Assembly: GCA_000004695.1 (NCBI GenBank)
Contig: CM000154.2
Location: forward strand, 672,001 to 736,000
Reading direction: 5' to 3'
DNA length: 64,000 nucleotides
Source: Dictyostelium discoideum
Lineage: Eukaryota
Position 1 is the stretch's first letter. Every line of letters starts with the position of its first letter. Of this stretch, positions 61,545 to 64,000 are shown in pieces. The position numbers and the translations under genes were made by a program. Under the pieces are notes generated by a model. That model saw only the letters and a program-made list of their open reading frames with translations, searched no databases and was not told the DNA's origin.

Positions 61545-64000
61545 GAAATTATTTATTTATTCAATTTTATTTCTTTTAATATTTAAAAGTTTTTTTGTAA
61601 ATTCAACAACATTAAAAGAAAATGAAATTGGTTCAATAAAAAAACAAAAGTCTCCATTTGAAGAGAATAATATTTCACAATTAGATTTTACATCAGTTTT
61701 TTCGCCAGGTGTTTATGCTATACCTTGGACTGATCCAAATATGCCAACAGTGGCATTGGAACAAGCCTCACATTCTGGTTATTTCATTGGAAATGTTATT
61801 CTTCAAGGAAGTCAATTCAATGACCCAAAATTGAGTGGTTTATTGAATGGAAAGGATCTTTATGTACTCAGTCATTTTTCAGGTGCAGCTTGTTGTCAAA
61901 ATGTTACAAGTGAAATAAAATTATTATTTACCTTTCCAATAAGCAATATTTGTTTGTTGATCGCATCTGTTGATGAGAGTGATTTTGTTACTGTAAGAGC
62001 CAGAAAAACACAAACCGATAATATTTATGGAATTGGTAGCTCAAATGCTCAAATGGATATGAAAAAAGATTGGGCAAACTATGGACAAGGCACTTTATCA
62101 GTTTCAGGGGTACAACCATCAAATAATTCGGGTATACCTCCAATTGTTCTCACTAGAGATCATTCAAAAGCTTTTATTACAAGTATGGGAAATCCAACCA
62201 CAATTAACTATCAGATCTTGGCTCCATTCATTAATGTATCTTCAATTCATATTTCTTATTCAACTTTATCCGATTCTCAATACGTATTTTATGCACTTTT
62301 CCAATGTCCAAAACCAACCAGTGATATTGAACCAACCTGTGAACCTGGATGCATGACAAGTGGAACTACTTCAACAACAACAACATCAAAAACAACAACA
62401 ACAGCAACAACTAAAACATCAACAACCGGTTCTTTGACTACTGGCCCTTCACAAAGTACTGGTCCTTCAACAACTACAACTACTGGTGGATCACAAAGTA
62501 CTGGTGTTTCAACGACCATAACAAGTGGATCACAAAGTACTGGTGCATCAACAACTGCCACAGCTAGTGGATCACAAAGTACTAGCGCATCAACAACTGC
62601 CACAGCTAGTGGTTCACAAAGTACTGGTGCATCAACTGCCACAACTAGTGGAGGAAGCACTGGATTTATTTCCGGAGCTTCAACAACTTCAATGTCAACA
62701 ACAACAGCAACAGGTAGTATTCCAACAACTGGATCACAAACCTCTACATCAGGATCATACACAACAACTGGATCACAAACCTCTACTTCAGGAACATACA
62801 CAACAACTGGATCACAAACTTCCACTTCAGGAACATACACAACAACCGGATCACAAACTTCCACTTCAGGAACATACACTACAACAACTAAACCATCTAC
62901 AACTACTGGTGGAGGAAGCACTGGATTCCTATCAGGAGCTTCAACAACTTTGGGTGGTGGGTCAGGATCATCGACCTCCTCACAATCTGGTCAAAGTTCA
63001 ACCGGTATTATTTCAGGAGTTATATCAGGAGGTAATAGTGTCGCAGGAGGATCAGGATCAGTCGGAAATAGTGGTTCAATTACTGGTTTAACAACAACTA
63101 CTGGTGGAATAAGTGGAGGTAATTTTATTGCAGGTGTAACAACTTCAAATTCAATCGCTCAAACTGGATCAGTTACAGGTTTAATTGCCAATGGTATTGC
63201 AGGATCAGTCGGAGGTTTAACAACAGCCAATTCATTAACAGGAGTAGGTTCAATTGGTAATATCGCCAATGCAATTTCAACTGGTCTTGTCGGTCAAATC
63301 ACAACATCAAAACCAACAATCTCATCAACAACAACAACAATATCCAGTCAAGCTACAAGTGGCTTTATTTCTGGAGCAGGTAGTATCGCTGGTGGATTAT
63401 CAATTGGTAATAGTGGATCAGTAGCCGGAATAACAACTCAATCAGGAAGCTTAACTGGTGCAAATACAGTAGCAGCAGTAACAACAGCCAACTCAATTGG
63501 ATCCAAAACATCAATAACTGGTGTTTCATCAATTGGAGCAATTTCAGGTTCAATTGATGGATTAACAACTGCAAACTCATTAACTGGTGTGTCATCAATC
63601 GCTGGTATAACTAATCAAGCATCATCAATCGCCAATGCAATTTCAGGTGGTAATATTGCAGGTGTAACTACATCTCAAATTTCAACCGGTATTATTTCAG
63701 GAGTAATTGCAGGAGGATCTGGATCAATCACATCTCCACAATCTATAACTGGCCAAAGTTCAACCAGTATTACTTCAGGAGTAATTTCAGGAGTTATATC
63801 AGGAGGTAATAGTGTCGCAGGAGGATCAGGATCAGTCGGAAATAGTGGCTCAATTACTGGTTTAACAACAAATGGTGGAATAAGCGGAGGTAATGCTATT
63901 GCAGGTGTAACAACTTCAAATTCAATCGCTCAAACTGGATCAGTTACAGGATTAACTGCAAATGGTATTGCAGGATCAGTCGGAGGATTAACAACAGCAA
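61545..64000 (+). CDS. Secreted Cys-containing N-domain protein with a long Ser/Thr/Gly-rich repetitive (mucin-like) region; 3' end outside window
   Basis: The reading frame is open from the ATG at 61545 to the window end. Signal peptide MKLFIYSILFLLIFKSFFVNS. The N-domain is about 270 aa with 9 Cys (…AACCQNVTSEIK…CPKPTSDIEPTCEPGCM). 39-bp tandem repeats begin at 62430 (…STGASTTATASGSQ… x4, then …TTGSQTSTSGTYT… x4). A roughly 210-bp block is repeated (63028-63240 and 63805-64000). Confidence 0.6.

Noticed and set aside
62289-63091. Large ORFs 62289..62921 (-) and 62525..63091 (+), rich in V/P/D or Q/H/L
   Set aside because: They are alternative frames and the antisense of the repetitive S/T/G-coding region of the 61545+ gene. 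Their composition mirrors codon repeats.

Overview
This is an AT-rich (about 75-80% A+T) eukaryotic nuclear window with Dictyostelium discoideum-like features. It has long homopolymer A/T tracts, (AAT)n, (ATT)n and (TCA)n microsatellites, coding poly-Asn/Gln/Ser runs, and short AT-rich spliceosomal introns with GTAAGT/GTATGT donors and AG acceptors. It is not prokaryotic, so operon and defence-island logic does not apply. I reconstructed about 25 protein-coding genes by translating frames and splicing by hand, so every coordinate below is hand-derived and should be checked with a gene finder or RNA-seq.

Genes identified:
- An Old Yellow Enzyme family NADH:flavin oxidoreductase, truncated at the 3' end by the window start.
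- A mitochondrial complex I assembly methyltransferase (NDUFAF5-like).
- Five glycine-cleavage H-protein-like paralogs in two clusters.
- A mitochondrial PPR protein.
- Sec61 gamma.
- Arp8.
- A UBAC2/Dsc2-like rhomboid-fold protein with a UBA domain.
- UBC9.
- EF-2.
- Two paralogous UBR-box (N-recognin type) E3 ligases about 21 kb apart.
- An ABCG transporter pseudogene fragment.
- A divergent protein kinase.
- A beta/gamma-crystallin-like secreted protein.
- Alpha-tubulin.
- A GST.
- An FNIP-repeat protein.
- Nicastrin (7 exons).
- A mitochondrial arginyl-tRNA synthetase.
- CYFIP/PIR121.
- A partial Ser/Thr/Gly-rich secreted repeat protein.

Non-coding content:
- An intron-containing tRNA gene with a downstream external B box.
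- A tandemly duplicated roughly 160-bp unit carrying a tRNA-like B box and T-run terminators.
- A retroelement-like insertion with an ORF and oligo(A) tails, flanked by B-box-like motifs.
- A 56-bp near-perfect inverted repeat.
- Numerous microsatellites.
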